Positions 24,001-40,800 of a DNA stretch of 64,000 nt are shown piece by piece. The translations under genes and the position numbers were made by a program. Under the pieces are notes generated by a model, which made no database searches, was not told the DNA's origin, and saw only the letters and a program-made list of their open reading frames with translations. The DNA is from Eledone cirrhosa (lineage: Eukaryota), in NCBI GenBank assembly GCA_964016885.1, contig OZ024741.1, forward strand, positions 17,422,001 to 17,486,000, given 5' to 3'. Position 1 is the first letter of the stretch. Every line of letters starts with the position of its first letter.

Positions 24001-27000
24001 CCCTAACATGGCATCAGACCCTCCACCGATACTGCCAATCCACCACCCTAGCATGGCGTCCGACCCTCTACCGATACTACCTATCCACCACCCTAACATG
24101 GCGTCAGACCCTCCACCGATCTGCCAATCCACCACCCTAACATGGTATCAGACCCTCTACCGATACTGCCAATCCACCACCCTAACATTGCGTCCTACCC
24201 TCCACCGATACTGCCAATCCACCACCCTAACATAGCGTCTGACCCTCTATCACCCTAACATAGCGTCCTACCCTCCACCGAAACTGCCAATCCGCCACCC
24301 TAATATGGCGTCAGAGCCTCCACCGATACTGCCAATCCACCACCCTAATATGGCATCTGACCCTATACCGATACTACCAATCCACCACCCTAACATGGCG
24401 TCAGACCCTCTACCGATACTGCCAATCCACCACCCTAGCATGGCGTCTGACCCTCTACCGATACAACCAATCCACCACCCTAACTTGGCGTCAGACCCTC
24501 CACCGATACTGCCAATCCACCACCCTAACATGGCGTCTGACCCTATACCGATACTACCAATCCACCACCCTAACATGGCGTCAGACCCTCCACCGATACT
24601 GCCAATCCACCACCCTAACATGGCGTCAGACCCTCCACCGATACTGCCAATCCACCACCCTAACATGGCGTCAGACCCTCCACCGATACTGCCAATCCAC
24701 CATCCTAACATGGCGTCAGACCCTCTACCGATACTACCAATCCACCACCCTAAAATGGCGTCCTACCCTCCACCGATACTGCCAATCCACCACCCTAACA
24801 TGGTGTCAGACCCTCCACCGATACTACCAATCCACCACCCTAACATGGCGTCCGACCCTCTACCGATACTACCAATCCACCACCCTAACATGGCGTCCTA
24901 CCCTCCACCGATACTGCCAATCCACCACCCTAACATGGCATCAGACCCTCTACCGATACTGCCAATCCACCACCCTAGCATGGCTTCAGACCCTCCACCG
25001 ATACTACCAATCCACCACCCTAACATGGCGTCAGACCCTCTACCGATACTATCAATCCACCACCCTAACATGGCGTCCTACCCTCCACCGATACTACCAA
25101 TCCACCACACTAGCATGGCGTCCGACCCTCTACCGATCCTGCCAATCCACCACCCTAGCATGGTGTCCGACCCTCTACCGATACTACCAATCCACCACCC
25201 TAGTAGGCGTCAGACCCTCCACCGATATTACCAATCCACCACCCTAGCATGGTGTCCGACCCTCTACCGATACTACCAATCCACCACCCTAACATGGCGT
25301 CAGACCCTCAATCGATACTACCAATCAACCACCCTAACATGGCGTCAGACCCTCCACCGATACTACCAATCCGCCACCCTAGCATGGCGTCCAACCCTCT
25401 ACCGATACTGCCAATCAACCACCCTATCATGGCGTCAGACCCTCCACCGATACTGCCAATCCACCACCCTAGCATGGCGTCCGACCCTCTACCGATACTG
25501 CCAATCCACCACCCTAACATGGCGTCAGACCCTCTACCGATACTACCAATCAACCACCCTAACATGGCGTCGTACCCTCCACCGATACTGCCAATCCACC
25601 ACCCTAACATGGCGTCAGACGCTCTACCGATACTACCAATCCACCACCCTAGAATGGCGTCCGACCCTCTACCGATACTACCTATCCACCACCCTAACAT
25701 GGCGTCAGACCCTCCACCGATACTGCCAATCCACTACCCTAGCATGGCGTCAGACCCTCTACCGATACTACCAATCAACCACCCTAACATGGCGTCAGAC
25801 CCTTTACCGATACTGCTAATCCACCACCCTAACATAGCGTCAGACCCTCTACCGATACTGCCAATCCACCACCCTAACATGGCATCAGACCCTCTACCGA
25901 TACTGCCAATCCACCACCCTAACATGGCGTCAGACCCTCTACCGATACTGCCAATCCACCACCCTAACATGGCGTCCTACCCTCCACCGATACTGCCAAT
26001 CCACCACCCCAACATGGTGTCAGACCCTCCACCGATACTACCAATCCACCACCCTAACATGGCGTCCGACCCTCTACCGATACTACCAATCCACCACCCT
26101 AACATGGCGTCCTACCCTCTAACGATACTGCCAATCCACCACCCTAGCATGGCTTCAGACCCTCCACCGATACTGCCAATCCACCACCCTAACATGGCAT
26201 CAGACCCTCTACCGATACTGCCAATCCACCACCCTAGCATGGCTTCAGACCCTCCACCGATACTGTCAATCCACCACCCTAGCATGGCGTCCGACCCTCT
26301 ACCGATACTACCAATCCACCACACTAGCATGGCGTCCGACCCTCTACCGATACTGCCAATCCACCAACCTAGCATGGTGTCCGACCCTCTACCGATACTA
26401 CCAATCCACCACCCTAGCATGGCGTCAGACCCTCCACCGATACTACCAATCCACCACCCTAGCATGGTGTCCGACCCTCTACCGATACTACCAATCCACC
26501 ACCCTAACATGGCGTCCGACCCTCTACCGATACTACCAATCCACCACCCTAACATGGCGTCAGACCCTCCACCGATACTGCCAATCAACCACCCTAACAT
26601 GGCGTCAGACCCTCCACCGATACTGTCAATCCACCACCCTAACATGGCGTCAGACCCTCTACCGATACTACCAATCCACCACCCTAACGTGGCATCAGAC
26701 CCTCCACCGATACTGCCAATCCACCACCCTAACATGGCGTCAGACCCTCTACCGATACTACCAATCCACCACCCTAACATGGCGTCAGACCCTCTACCGA
26801 TACTGCCAATCCACCACCCTAGCATGGCGTCCGACCCTCTACGATACTACCAATCCACCACCCTAACATGGTGTCAGACCCTCTACCGATACTACCAATC
26901 AACCACCATAACATGGCGTCCTACCCTCCACCGATACTGCCAATCCACCACCCTAACATGGCGTCAGACGCTCTACCGATACTACCTATTCACCACCCTA

Positions 27001-28899
27001 ACATGGCGTCAGACCCTCCACCGATACTGCCAATCCACAACCCTAACATGGCGTCAGACCCTCTACCGATACTGCCAATCCACCACCCTAACATGGCGTC
27101 AGACCCTTCACCGATACTGCCAATCCACCACCCTAGCATGGCGTCCGACCCTGCACCGATACTGCCAATCCACCACCCTAACATGGCATCAGACCCTCTA
27201 CCGATACTGCCAATCCACCACCCTAGCATGGCGTCCGACCCTCTACCGATACTACCTATCCACCACCCTAACATGGCGTCAGACCCTCCACCGATACTGC
27301 CAATCCACAACCCTAACATGGCGTCAGACCCTCTACCGATACTGCCAATCCACCACCCTAACATGGCGTCAGACCCTCTACCGATACTGCCAATCCACCA
27401 CCCTAGCATGGCGTCCGACCCTCTACCGATACTACCAATCCACCACCCTAACATGGCGTCCGACCCACTACCGATACTACCAATCCACCACCCTAACATG
27501 GCGTCTTACCCTCCACCGATACTGCCAATCCCCCACCCTAACATGGCATCAGACCCTCTACCGATACTGCCAATCCACCACCCTAGCACGGCTTCAGACC
27601 CTCCACCGATACTACCAATCCACCACCCTAACATGGCGTCCAACCCTCCACCGATACTGTCAATCCACCACCCTAGCATGGCGTCCGACCCTCTACCGAT
27701 ACTACCAATCCACCACACTAGCATGGCGTCCGACCCTCTACCGATACTGCCAATCCACCACCCTAGCATGGTGTCCGACCCTCTACCGATACTACCAATC
27801 CACCACCCTAGCATGGTGTCCGACCCTCTACCGATACTACCAATCCACCACCCTAGCATGGCGTCAGACCCTCCACCGATACTACCAATCCACCACCCTA
27901 GCATGGTGTCCGACCCTCTACCGATACTACCAATCCACCACCCTAACATGGCGTCAGACCCTCTACCGATACTAACAATCGACCACCCTAACATGGCGTC
28001 AGACCCTCTACCGATACTACCAATCCACCACCCTAGCATGGCGTCAGACCCTCTACCGATACTGTCAATCCACCACCCTAACATGGCGTCAGACCCTCTA
28101 CCGATACTACCAATCCACCACCCTAACATGGCATGAGACCCTCCACCGATACTGCCAATCCACCACCCTAACATGGCGTCAGACCCTCCACCGATACTGC
28201 CAATCCACCACCCTAACATGGCGTCAGACCCTCTACCACCTTAACATAGCGTCCTACCCTCCATCGAAACTGCCAATCCACCACCCTAATATGGCGTCAG
28301 ACCCTCCACCGATACTGCCAATCCACCACCCTAGCATGGCGTCCGACCCTCTAACGATACTACCAATCCACCACCCTAACATGGCGTCAGACCCTCTACC
28401 GAAACTACCAATCAACCACCCTAACATGGCTTCAGACCCTCCACCGATACTGCCAATCCACCACCCTAACATAGCGTCTGACCCTCTACCACCCTAACAT
28501 AGCGTCCTACCCTCCACCGAAACTGCCAATCCACCACCCTAATATGGCGTCAGACCCTCCACCGATACTGCCAATCCACCACCCTAACATGGCGTCTGAC
28601 CCTCTACCGATACTACCAATCCACCACCCTAACATGGCGTCAGACCCTCTACCGATACTGCCAATCCACCACCCTAACATGGCGTCAGACCCTCTACCGA
28701 TACTGCCAATCCACCACCCTAACATAGCGTCAGACGCTCTACCGATACTGCCAATCCACCACCCTAACATGGCGTCAGACCCTCTACCGATACTGCCAAT
28801 CCACCACCCTAACATGGTGTCAGACCCTCCACCGAGACTACCAATCCACCACCCTAACATGGCGTCAGACCCTCCACCGATACTGCCAATCCACCACCC

Positions 28900-31800
28900 T
28901 AACATGGCGTCCGACCCTCCACCGATACTGCCAATCTACCACCCTAACATGGCGCCAGACCCTCCACCGATACTGCCAATCCACCACCCTAACATGGCGT
29001 CCGACCCTCTACCAATACTGCCTATCCACTACCCTAGCATGACGTCCAACCCTCTACCGATACTACCAATCCACCACCCTAGCATGACGTCCAACCCTCT
29101 ACAGATACTACCAATCCACTACCCAATAATGACGTCCAACCCTCTACCGATACTACCAATCCACTACCCTAGCATGACGTCCAACCATCTACCGATACTA
29201 CCAATCCACTACCCTAGCATGACGTCCAACCCTCTACCGATACTACCAATCCACTACCCTAGCATGACGTCCAACCCTCTACCGATACTACCAATCCACT
29301 ACCCTAGCATGACGTCCAACCCTCTACTGATACTACCAATCCACCACCCTAGCATGACGTCCAACCCTCTACCGATACTACCAATCCACTACACTAGCAT
29401 GACGTCCAACCCTCTACCGATACTACCAATCCACCACCCTAGCATGACGTCCAACCCTCTACCGATACTACCAATCCACCACCCTAGCATGACGTCCAAC
29501 CCTCTACCAATACTGCCAATCCACTACCCTAGCATGACGTCCAACCCTCTACCGATACTACCAATCCACCACCCTAGCATGACGTCCAACCCTCTACCGA
29601 TACTACCAATCCACTACCCTAGCATGACGTCCAACCCTCTACCGATACTACCAATCCACCACCCTAGCATGACGTCCAACCCTCTACCGATACTACCAAT
29701 CTACCACCCTAGCATGACGTCCAACCCTCTACCGATACTACCAATCCACTACCCTAGCATGACGTCCAGCCCTCTACCGATACTGCCAATCAACCACCCT
29801 AACATGGCGTCCAACCCTCTACCGATACTACCAATCTACCACCCTAGCATGGCTTCAGACCCTCTACCGATACTGCCAATCAACCACCCTAACATGGCGT
29901 CCAACCCTCTACCGATACTGCCAATCAACCACCCTAGCATGGCTTCAGACCCTCTACCGATACTGCCAATCAACCACCCTAACATGGCGTCCAACCCTCT
30001 ACCGATACTGCCAATCTTCCACCCTAGCATGGCGTCCGACTCTCTACCGATACTGCCAATCCACCACCCTAACATGGCGTCCGACCCTCTACCGATACTA
30101 CCAATCCACCACCCTAACATGGCGTCAGACCCTCTACCGATACTGCCAATCTACCACCCTAGCATGGCGTCCAACCCTCTACCAATACTGCCAATCAACC
30201 ACCCTAGTATGGCGTCCAACCCTCTACCGATACTGCCAATCAACCACCCTAACATGGCGTTAGACCCTCCAACGATACTACCAATCCGCCACCCTAGCAT
30301 GGCGTCAAACCCTCTACCGACACTACCAATCCACCACCCTAACATGGCGTCCAATCCTCTACCGATACTACCAATCCACCACCCTAACATGGCGTCAGAC
30401 CCTCTACCGAACTGCCAATCCACCACCCTAACATGGCGTCAGACCCTCTACCGATACTGCCAATCCACCACCCTAAGATAGCGTCAGACGCTCTATCGAT
30501 ACTGCCAATCCACCACCCTAACATGGCGTCAGACCCTCTACCGATACTGCCAATCCACCACCCTAACATGGCGTCAGACCCTCCACCGATACTGACAATC
30601 CACCACCCTAACATGGCGTCCGACCCTCCACCGATACTGCCAATCTACCACCCTAACATGGCGTGAGACCCTCCACCGATACTGCCAATCCACCACCCTA
30701 ACATGGCGTCCGACCCTCGACCAATACTGCCAATCCACTATCTTAGCATGACGTCCAACCCTCTACCGATACTACCAATCAACAACCCTAGCATGACCTC
30801 CAACCCTCTACCGATACTACCAATCCACCACCCTAACATGGCGTCAGACCCTCTACCGATACTACCAATCTACCACCCTAGCATGGCTTCAGACCCTCCA
30901 CCGATACTACCAATCCACCACCCTAACATGGCGTCAGACCCTCCACCGATACTGCCAATCCACCACCCTAGCATGGCATCAGACCCTCTACCGATACTAC
31001 CAATCCACCAGCCTAACATGGCGTCCTACTCTCCACCGATACTGTCAATCCACCACCCTAACATGGCGTCCGACCCTCTACCGATACTACCAATCCACCA
31101 CCTTAGCATGGCGTCCAACCCTCTACCGATACTACCAATCCACCACCCTAGCATGGCGTCCGACCCTCTACCGATACTACCAATCCACCACACTAGCATG
31201 GCGTCCGACCCTCTACCGATACTACCAATCCACCACACTAGCATGGCGTCCTACCCTCTACCGATACTACCAATCCACCACACTAGCATGGCGTCCGACC
31301 CTCTACCGATACTACCAATCCACCACACTAGCATGGCGTCCGACCCTCTACCGATACTACCAATCCACCACCCTAACATGAAGTCAGACCCTCCACCGAT
31401 ACTACCAATCCACCACCCTAACATCGCGTCAGACCCTCTACCGATACTGCCAATCTTCCACCCTAGCATGGCGTCCGACTCTCTACCGATACTGCCAATC
31501 CACCACCCTAACATGGCGTCCGACCCTCTAACGATACTACCAATCCACCACCCTAACATGGCGTCCGACCCTCTACCGATACTACCAATCCACCACCCTA
31601 GTATGGCGTCCAACCCTCTACCGATACTACCAATCCACCACCCTAGCATGGCGTCCGACCCTCTACCGATACTACCAATCCACCACCCTAACATGGCGTC
31701 AGACCCTCCACCGATACTACCAATCCGCCAACCTAGCATGGCGTCCAACAATCTACCGATACTGCCAATCAACCACACTAACATGGCGTCAGACCCTCCA

Positions 31801-34800
31801 CCGATACTACCAATCCGCCACCCTAGAATGGCGTCCAACCCTCTACCGATACTGCCAATCAACCACCCTAACATGGCGTCCAACCCTCTACCGATACTGC
31901 CAATCAACCACCCTAACATGGCGTTAGACCCTCCAACGATACTACCAATCCGCCACCCTAGCATGGCGTCAAACCCTCTACCGACACTACCAATCCACCA
32001 CCCTAACATGGCGTCCAATCCTCTACCGATACTACCAATCCATCACCCTAGCAAGGCGTCCGACCCTCTACCGATACTACCAATCCAACACCCTAACATG
32101 GCGTCCAACCCTCTACCGATACTACCAATCCACCACCCTAGCATGGCTACCGACCCTCTACCGATACTACCAATCCACCACACTAGCATGTCATCAGACC
32201 CTCTACCAACACTGCCGATCCACCACCCTAACATGTCGTCCAACCCTCTCCCAATACTACCAATCCACCACCCTAGCATGGCGTTCGACCCTCTACCGAT
32301 ACTGCCAATCCACCACCCTAGCATGGCGTCCGACCCTCTACCGATACTGCCAATCCACCACCCTAGCATGGCGTCCGACCCTCCACCGATACTGCCAATC
32401 CACCACCCTAACATGGCGTCAGACCCTCTACCGATACTACCAATCCACCACCGTAACATGGCATCAGACCCTCCACCGATACTGCCAATCCACCACCCTA
32501 ACATGGCGTCAGACCCTCCACAGATACTGCCAATCCACCACCCTAACATGGCGTCAGACCCTCTACCGATACTACCAATCCACCACCCTAACATGGCGTC
32601 AGACCCTCTACCGCTACTGCCAATCCACCACCCTAGCATGGCGTCCGACCCTCTACCGATACTGCCAATCCACCACCCTAACATGGCGTCAGACCCTCTA
32701 CCGATACTACCAATCAACCACCCTAACATGGCGTCCTACCCTCCACCGATACTGCCAATCCACCACCCTAACATGGCGTCAGACGCTCTACCGATACTAC
32801 CAATCCACCACCCTAGCATGGCGTCCGACCCTCTACCGATACTACCTATCCACCACCCTAACATGGAATCAGACCCTCCACCGATACTGCCAATCCACCA
32901 CCCTAGCATGGCGTCCGACCCTCCACCGATACTGCCAATCCACCACCCTAACATGGCATCATACCCTCTACCGATACTGCCAATCCACCACCCTAGCATG
33001 GCGTCCGACCCTCTACCTATACTACCTATCCACCACCCTAACATGGCGTCAGACCCTCCACCGATACTGCCAATCCACCACCCTAGCATGGCGTCAGACC
33101 CTCTACCGATACTACCAATGAACCACCCTAACATGGCGTCAGACCCTTTACCGATACTGCCAATCCACCACCCTAACATAGCGTCAGACCCTCTACCGAT
33201 ACTGCCAATCAACCACCCTAACATGGCATCAGACCCTCTACCGATACTGCCAATCCACCACCCTAACATGGCATCAGACCCTCTACCGATACTGCCAATC
33301 CACCACCCTAACATGGCGTCAGACCCTCTACCGAAACTACCAATCAACCACCCTAACATGGCGTCCTACCCTCCACCGATACTGCCAATCCACCACCCTA
33401 ACATAGCGTCTGACCCTCTACCACCCTAACATAGCGTCCTACCCTCCACCGAAACTGCCAATCCACCACCCTAATATGGCATCAGACCCTCCACCGATAC
33501 TACCAATCCACCACCCTAACATGGCGTCTGACCCTATACCGATACTACCAATCCACCACACTAACATGGCGTCAGACCCTCTACCGATACTGCCAATCCA
33601 CCACCCTAACATGGCGTCAGACCCTCTACCGATACTGCCAATCCACCACCCTAACATGGCGTCCTACCCTCCACCGATACTGCCAATCCACCACCCTAAC
33701 ATGGTGTCAGACCCTCCACCGATACTGCCAATCCACCACCCTAACATGGCGTCCTACCCTCCACCGATACTGCCAATCCACCATCCTAACATGGCGTCAG
33801 ACCCTCTACCGATACTACCAATTCAACACCCTAAAATGGCGTCCTACCCTCCACCGATACTGCCAATCCACCACCCTAACATGGTGTCAGACCCTCCACC
33901 GATACTACCAATCCACCACCCTAACATGGCGTCCGACCCTCTACCGATACTACCAATCCACCACCCTAACATGGCGTCCTACCCTCTACCGATACTGCCA
34001 ATCCACCACCCTAGCATGGCTTCAGACCCTCCACCGATACTGCCAATCCACCACCCTAACATGGCATCAGACCCTCTACCGATACTGCCAATCCACCACC
34101 CTAGCATGGCTTCAGACCCTCCACCGATACTACCAATCCACCACCCTAACATGGCGTCAGACCCTCTACCGATACTACCAATCCACCACCCTAACATGGC
34201 GTCCTACCCTCCACCGATACTGTCAATCCACCACCCTAGCATGGCGTCCGACCCTCTACCGATACTACCAATCCACCACACTAGCATGGCGTCCGACCCT
34301 CTACCGATACTGCCAATCCACCACCCTAGAATGGTGTCCGACCCTCTACCGATACTACCAATCCACCACTCTAGCATGGCGTCAGACCCTCCACCGATAC
34401 TACCAATCCACCACCCTAGCATGGTGTCCGACCCTCTACCGATACTACCAATCCACCACCCTAACATGGCGTCAGACCCTCTACCGATACTACCAATCCA
34501 CCACCCTAACATGGCGTCCGACCCTCTACCGATACTACCAATCCACCACCCTAACATGGCGTCAGACCCTCCACCGATACTGCCAATCAACCACCCTAAC
34601 ATGGCGTCAGACCCCCCACCGATACTGTCAATCCACCACCCTAACATGGCGTCAGACCCTCTACCGATACTACCAATCCACCACCCTAACGTGGCATCAG
34701 ACCCTCCACCGATACTGCCAATCCACCACCCTAACATGGCGTCAGACCCTCTACCGATACTACCAATCCACCACCCTAACATGGCGTCAGACCCTCTACC

Positions 34801-37800
34801 GATACTGCCAATCCACCACCCTAGCATGGCGTCCGACCCTCTACGATACTACCAATCCACCACCCTAACATGGTGTCAGACTCTCTACCGATACTACCAA
34901 TCAACCACCCTAACATGGCGTCCTACCCTCCACCGATACTGCCAATCCACCACCCTAACATGGCGTCAGACGCTCTACCGATACTACCAATCCACCACCC
35001 TAGCATGGCGTCCGACCCTCTACCGATACTACCAATCCACCACCCTAACATGGCATCAGACCCTCTACCGATACTGCCAATCCACCACCCTAACATGGCG
35101 TCAGACCCTCTACCGATACTGCCAATCCACCACCCTAACATGGCGTCAGACCCTCTACCGATACTGCCAATCCACCACCCTAGCATGGCGTCCGACCCTC
35201 TACCGATACTACCAATCCACCACCCTAACATGGCGTCCGACCCTCTACCGATACTACTAATCCACCACCCTAACATGGCGTCCTACCCTCCACCGATACT
35301 GCCAATCCCCCACCCTAACATGGCATCAGACCCTCTACCGATACTGCCAATCCACCACCCTAGCACGGCTTCAGACCCTCCACCGATACTACCAATCCAC
35401 CACCCTAACATGGCGTCCGACCCTCCACCGATACTGCCAATCTACCACCCTAACATGGCGTCAGACCCTCCACCGATACTGCCAATCCACCACCCTAACA
35501 TGGCGTCCGACCCTCTACCAATACTGCCTATCCACTACCCTAGCATGACGTCCAACCCTCTACCGATACTACCAATCCACCACCCTAGCATGACGTCCAA
35601 CCCTCTACAGATACTACCAATCCACTACCCAATAATGACGTCCAACCCTCTACCGATACTACCAATCCACTACCCTAGCATGACGTCCAACCCTCTACCG
35701 ATACTACCAATCCACTACCCTAGCATGACGTCCAACCCTCTACCGATACTACCAATCCACTACCCTAGCATGACGTCCAACCCTCTACCGATACTACCAA
35801 TCCACTACCCTAGCATGACGTCCAACCCTCTACTGATACTACCAATCCACCACCCTAGCATGACGTCCAACCCTCTACCGATACTACCAATCCACTACAC
35901 TAGCATGACGTCCAACCCTCTACCGATACTACCAATCCACCACCCTAGCATGACGTCCAACCCTCTACCGATACTACCAATCCACCACCCTAGCATGACG
36001 TCCAACCCTCTACCAATACTGCCAATCCACTACCCTAGCATGACGTCCAACCCTCTACCGATACTACCAATCCACCACCCTAGCATGACGTCCAACCCTC
36101 TACCGATACTACCAATCCACTACCCTAGCATGACGTCCAACCCTCTACCGATACTACCAATCCACCACCCTAGCATGACGTCCAACCCTCTACCGATACT
36201 ACCAATCTACCACCCTAGCATGACGTCCAACCCTCTACCGATACTACCAATCCACTACCCTAGCATGACGTCCAGCCCTCTACCGATACTGCCAATCAAC
36301 CACCCTAACATGGCGTCCAACCCTCTACCGATACTACCAATCTACCACCCTAGCATGGCTTCAGACCCTCTACCGATACTGCCAATCAACCACCCTAACA
36401 TGGCGTCCAACCCTCTACCGATACTGCCAATCTTCCACCCTAGCATGGCGTCCGACTCTCAACCGATACTGCCAATCCACCACCCTAACATGGCGTCCGA
36501 CCCTCTACCGATACTACCAATCCACCACCCTAACATGGCGTCAGACCCTCTACCGATACTGCCAATCTACCACCCTAGCATGGCGTCCAACCCTCTACCA
36601 ATACTGCCAATCAACCACCCTAGTATGGCGTCCAACCCTCTACCGATACTGCCAATCAACCACCCTAACATGGCGTTAGACCCTCCAACGATACTACCAA
36701 TCCGCCACCCTAGCATGGCGTCAAACCCTCTACCGACACTACCAATCCACCACCCTAACATGGCGTCCAATCCTCTACCGATACTACCAATCCACCACCC
36801 TAACATGGCGTCAGACCCTCTACCGAACTGCCAATCCACCACCCTAACATGGCGTCAGACCCTCTACCGATACTGCCAATCCACCACCCTAAGATAGCGT
36901 CAGACGCTCTATCGATACTGCCAATCCACCACCCTAACATGGCGTCAGACCCTCTACCGATACTGCCAATCCACCACCCTAACATGGCGTCAGACCCTCC
37001 ACCGATACTGACAATCCACCACCCTAACATGGCGTCCGACCCTCCACCGATACTGCCAATCTACCACCCTAACATGGCGTGAGACCCTCCACCGATACTG
37101 CCAATCCACCACCCTAACATGGCGTCCGAACCTCGACCAATACTGCCAATCCACTATCTTAGCATGACGTCCAACCCTCTACCGATACTACCAATCAACA
37201 ACCCTAGCATGACCTCCAACCCTCTACCGATACTACCAATCCACCACCCTAACATGGCGTCAGACCCTCTACCGATACTACCAATCTACCACCCTAGCAT
37301 GGCTTCAGACCCTCCACCGATACTACCAATCCACCACCCTAACATGGCGTCAGACCCTCCACCGATACTGCCAATCCACCACCCTAGCATGGCATCAGAC
37401 CCTCTACCGATACTACCAATCCACCAGCCTAACATGGCGTCCTACTCTCCACCGATACTGTCAATCCACCACCCTAACATGGCGTCCGACCCTCTACCGA
37501 TACTACCAATCCACCACCTTAGCATGGCGTCCAACCCTCTACCGATACTACCAATCCACCACCCTAGCATGGCGTCCGACCCTCTACCGATACTACCAAT
37601 CCACCACACTAGCATGGCGTCCGACCCTCTACCGATACTACCAATCCACCACACTAGCATGGCGTCCTACCCTCTACCGATACTACCAATCCACCACACT
37701 AGCATGGCGTCCGACCCTCTACCGATACTACCAATCCACCACACTAGCATGGCGTCCGACCCTCTACCGATACTACCAATCCACCACCCTAACATGAAGT

Positions 37801-40800
37801 CAGACCCTCCACCGATACTACCAATCCACCACCCTAACATGGCGTCAGACCCTCTACCGATACTGCCAATCTTCCACCCTAGCATGGCGTCCGACTCTCT
37901 ACCGATACTGCCAATCCACCACCCTAACATGGCGTCCGACCCTCTAACGATACTACCAATCCACCACCCTAACATGGCGTCCGACCCTCTACCGATACTA
38001 CCAATCCACCACCCTAGTATGGCGTCCAACCCTCTACCGATACTACCAATCCACCACCCTAGCATGGCGTCCGACCCTCTACCGATACTACCAATCCACC
38101 ACCCTAACATGGCGTCAGACCCTCCACCGATACTACCAATCCGCCAACCTAGCATGGCGTCCAACAATCTACCGATACTGCCAATCAACCACACTAACAT
38201 GGCGTCAGACCCTCCACCGATACTACCAATCCGCCACCCTAGAATGGCGTCCAACCCTCTACCGATACTGCCAATCAACCACCCTAACATGGCGTCCAAC
38301 CCTCTACCGATACTGCCAATCAACCACCCTAACATGGCGTTAGACCCTCCAACGATACTACCAATCCGCCACCCTAGCATGGCGTCAAACCCTCTACCGA
38401 CACTACCAATCCACCACCCTAACATGGCGTCCAATCCTCTACCGATACTACCAATCCATCACCCTAGCAAGGCGTCCGACCCTCTACCGATACTACCAAT
38501 CCAACACCCTAACATTGCGTCCAACCCTCTACCGATACTACCAATCCACCACCCTAGCATGGCTACCGACCCTCTACCGATACTACCAATCCACCACACT
38601 AGCATGTCATCAGACCCTCTACCAACACTGCCGATCCACCACCCTAACATGTCGTCCAACCCTCTCCCAATACTACCAATCCACCACCCTAGCATGGCGT
38701 TCGACCCTCTACCGATACTGCCAATCCACCACCCTAGCATGGCGTCCGACCCTCTACCGATACTGCCAATCCACCACCCTAGCATGGCGTCCGACCCTCC
38801 ACCGATACTGCCAATCCACCACACTAACATGGCGTCAGACCCTCTACCGATACTACCAATCCACCACCGTAACATGGCATCAGACCCTCCACCGATACTG
38901 CCAATCCACCACGCTAACATGGCGTCAGACCCTCCACAGATACTGCCAATCCACCACCCTAACATGGCGTCAGACCCTCTACCGATACTACCGATCCACC
39001 ACCCTAACATGGCGTCAGACCCTCTACCGCTACTGCCAATCCACCACCCTAGCATGGCGTCCGACCCTCTACCGATACTGCCAATCCACCACCCTAACAT
39101 GGCGTCAGACCCTCTACCGATACTACCAATCAACCACCCTAACATGGCGTCCTACCCTCCACCGATACTGCCAATCCACCACCCTAACATGGCGTCAGAC
39201 GCTCTACCGATACTACCAATCCACCACCCTAGCATGGCGTCCGACCCTCTACCGATACTACCTATCCACCACCCTAACATGGAATCAGACCCTCCACCGA
39301 TACTGCCAATCCACCACCCTAGCATGGCGTCCGACCCTCCACCGATACTGCCAATCCACCACCCTAACATGGCATCATACCCTCTACCGATACTGCCAAT
39401 CCACCACCCTAGCATGGCGTCCGACCCTCTACCTATACTACCTATCCACCACCCTAACATGGCGTCAGACCCTCCACCGATACTGCCAATCCACCACCCT
39501 AGCATGGCGTCAGACCCTCTACCGATACTACCAATCAACCACCCTAACATGGCGTCAGACCCTTTACCGATACTGCCAATCCACCACCCTAACATAGCGT
39601 CAGACCCTCTACCGATACTGCCAATCAACCACCCTAACATGGCATCAGACCCTCTACCGATACTGCCAATCCACCACCCTAACATGGCATCAGACCCTCT
39701 ACCGATACTGCCAATCCACCACCCTAACATGGCGTCAGACCCTCTACCGAAACTACCAATCAACCACCCTAACATGGCGTCCTACCCTCCACCGATACTG
39801 CCAATCCACCACCCTAACATAGCGTCTGACCCTCTACCACCCTAACATAGCGTCCTACCCTCCACCGAAACTGCCAATCCACCACCCTAATATGGCATCA
39901 GACCCTCCACCGATACTACCAATCCACCACCCTAACATGGCGTCTGACCCTATACCGATACTACCAATCCACCACACTAACATGGCGTCAGACCCTCTAC
40001 CGATACTGCCAATCCACCACCCTAACATGGCGTCAGACCCTCTACCGATACTGCCAATCCACCACCCTAACATGGCGTCCTACCCTCCACCGATACTGCC
40101 AATCCACCACCCTAACATGGTGTCAGACCCTCCACCGATACTGCCAATCCACCACCCTAACATGGCGTCCTACCCTCCACCGATACTGCCAATCCACCAT
40201 CCTAACATGGCGTCAGACCCTCTACCGATACTACCAATTCAACACCCTAAAATGGCGTCCTACCCTCCACCGATACTGCCAATCCACCACCCTAACATGG
40301 TGTCAGACCCTCCACCGATACTACCAATCCACCACCCTAACATGGCGTCCGACCCTCTACCGATACTACCAATCCACCACCCTAACATGGCGTCCTACCC
40401 TCTACCGATACTGCCAATCCACCACCCTAGCATGGCTTCAGACCCTCCACCGATACTGCCAATCCACCACCCTAACATGGCATCAGACCCTCTACCGATA
40501 CTGCCAATCCACCACCCTAGCATGGCTTCAGACCCTCCACCGATACTACCAATCCACCACCCTAACATGGCGTCAGACCCTCTACCGATACTACCAATCC
40601 ACCACCCTAACATGGCGTCCTACCCTCCACCGATACTGTCAATCCACCACCCTAGCATGGCGTCCGACCCTCTACCGATACTACCAATCCACCACACTAG
40701 CATGGCGTCCGACCCTCTACCGATACTGCCAATCCACCACCCTAGAATGGTGTCCGACCCTCTACCGATACTACCAATCCACCACCCTAGCATGGCGTCA

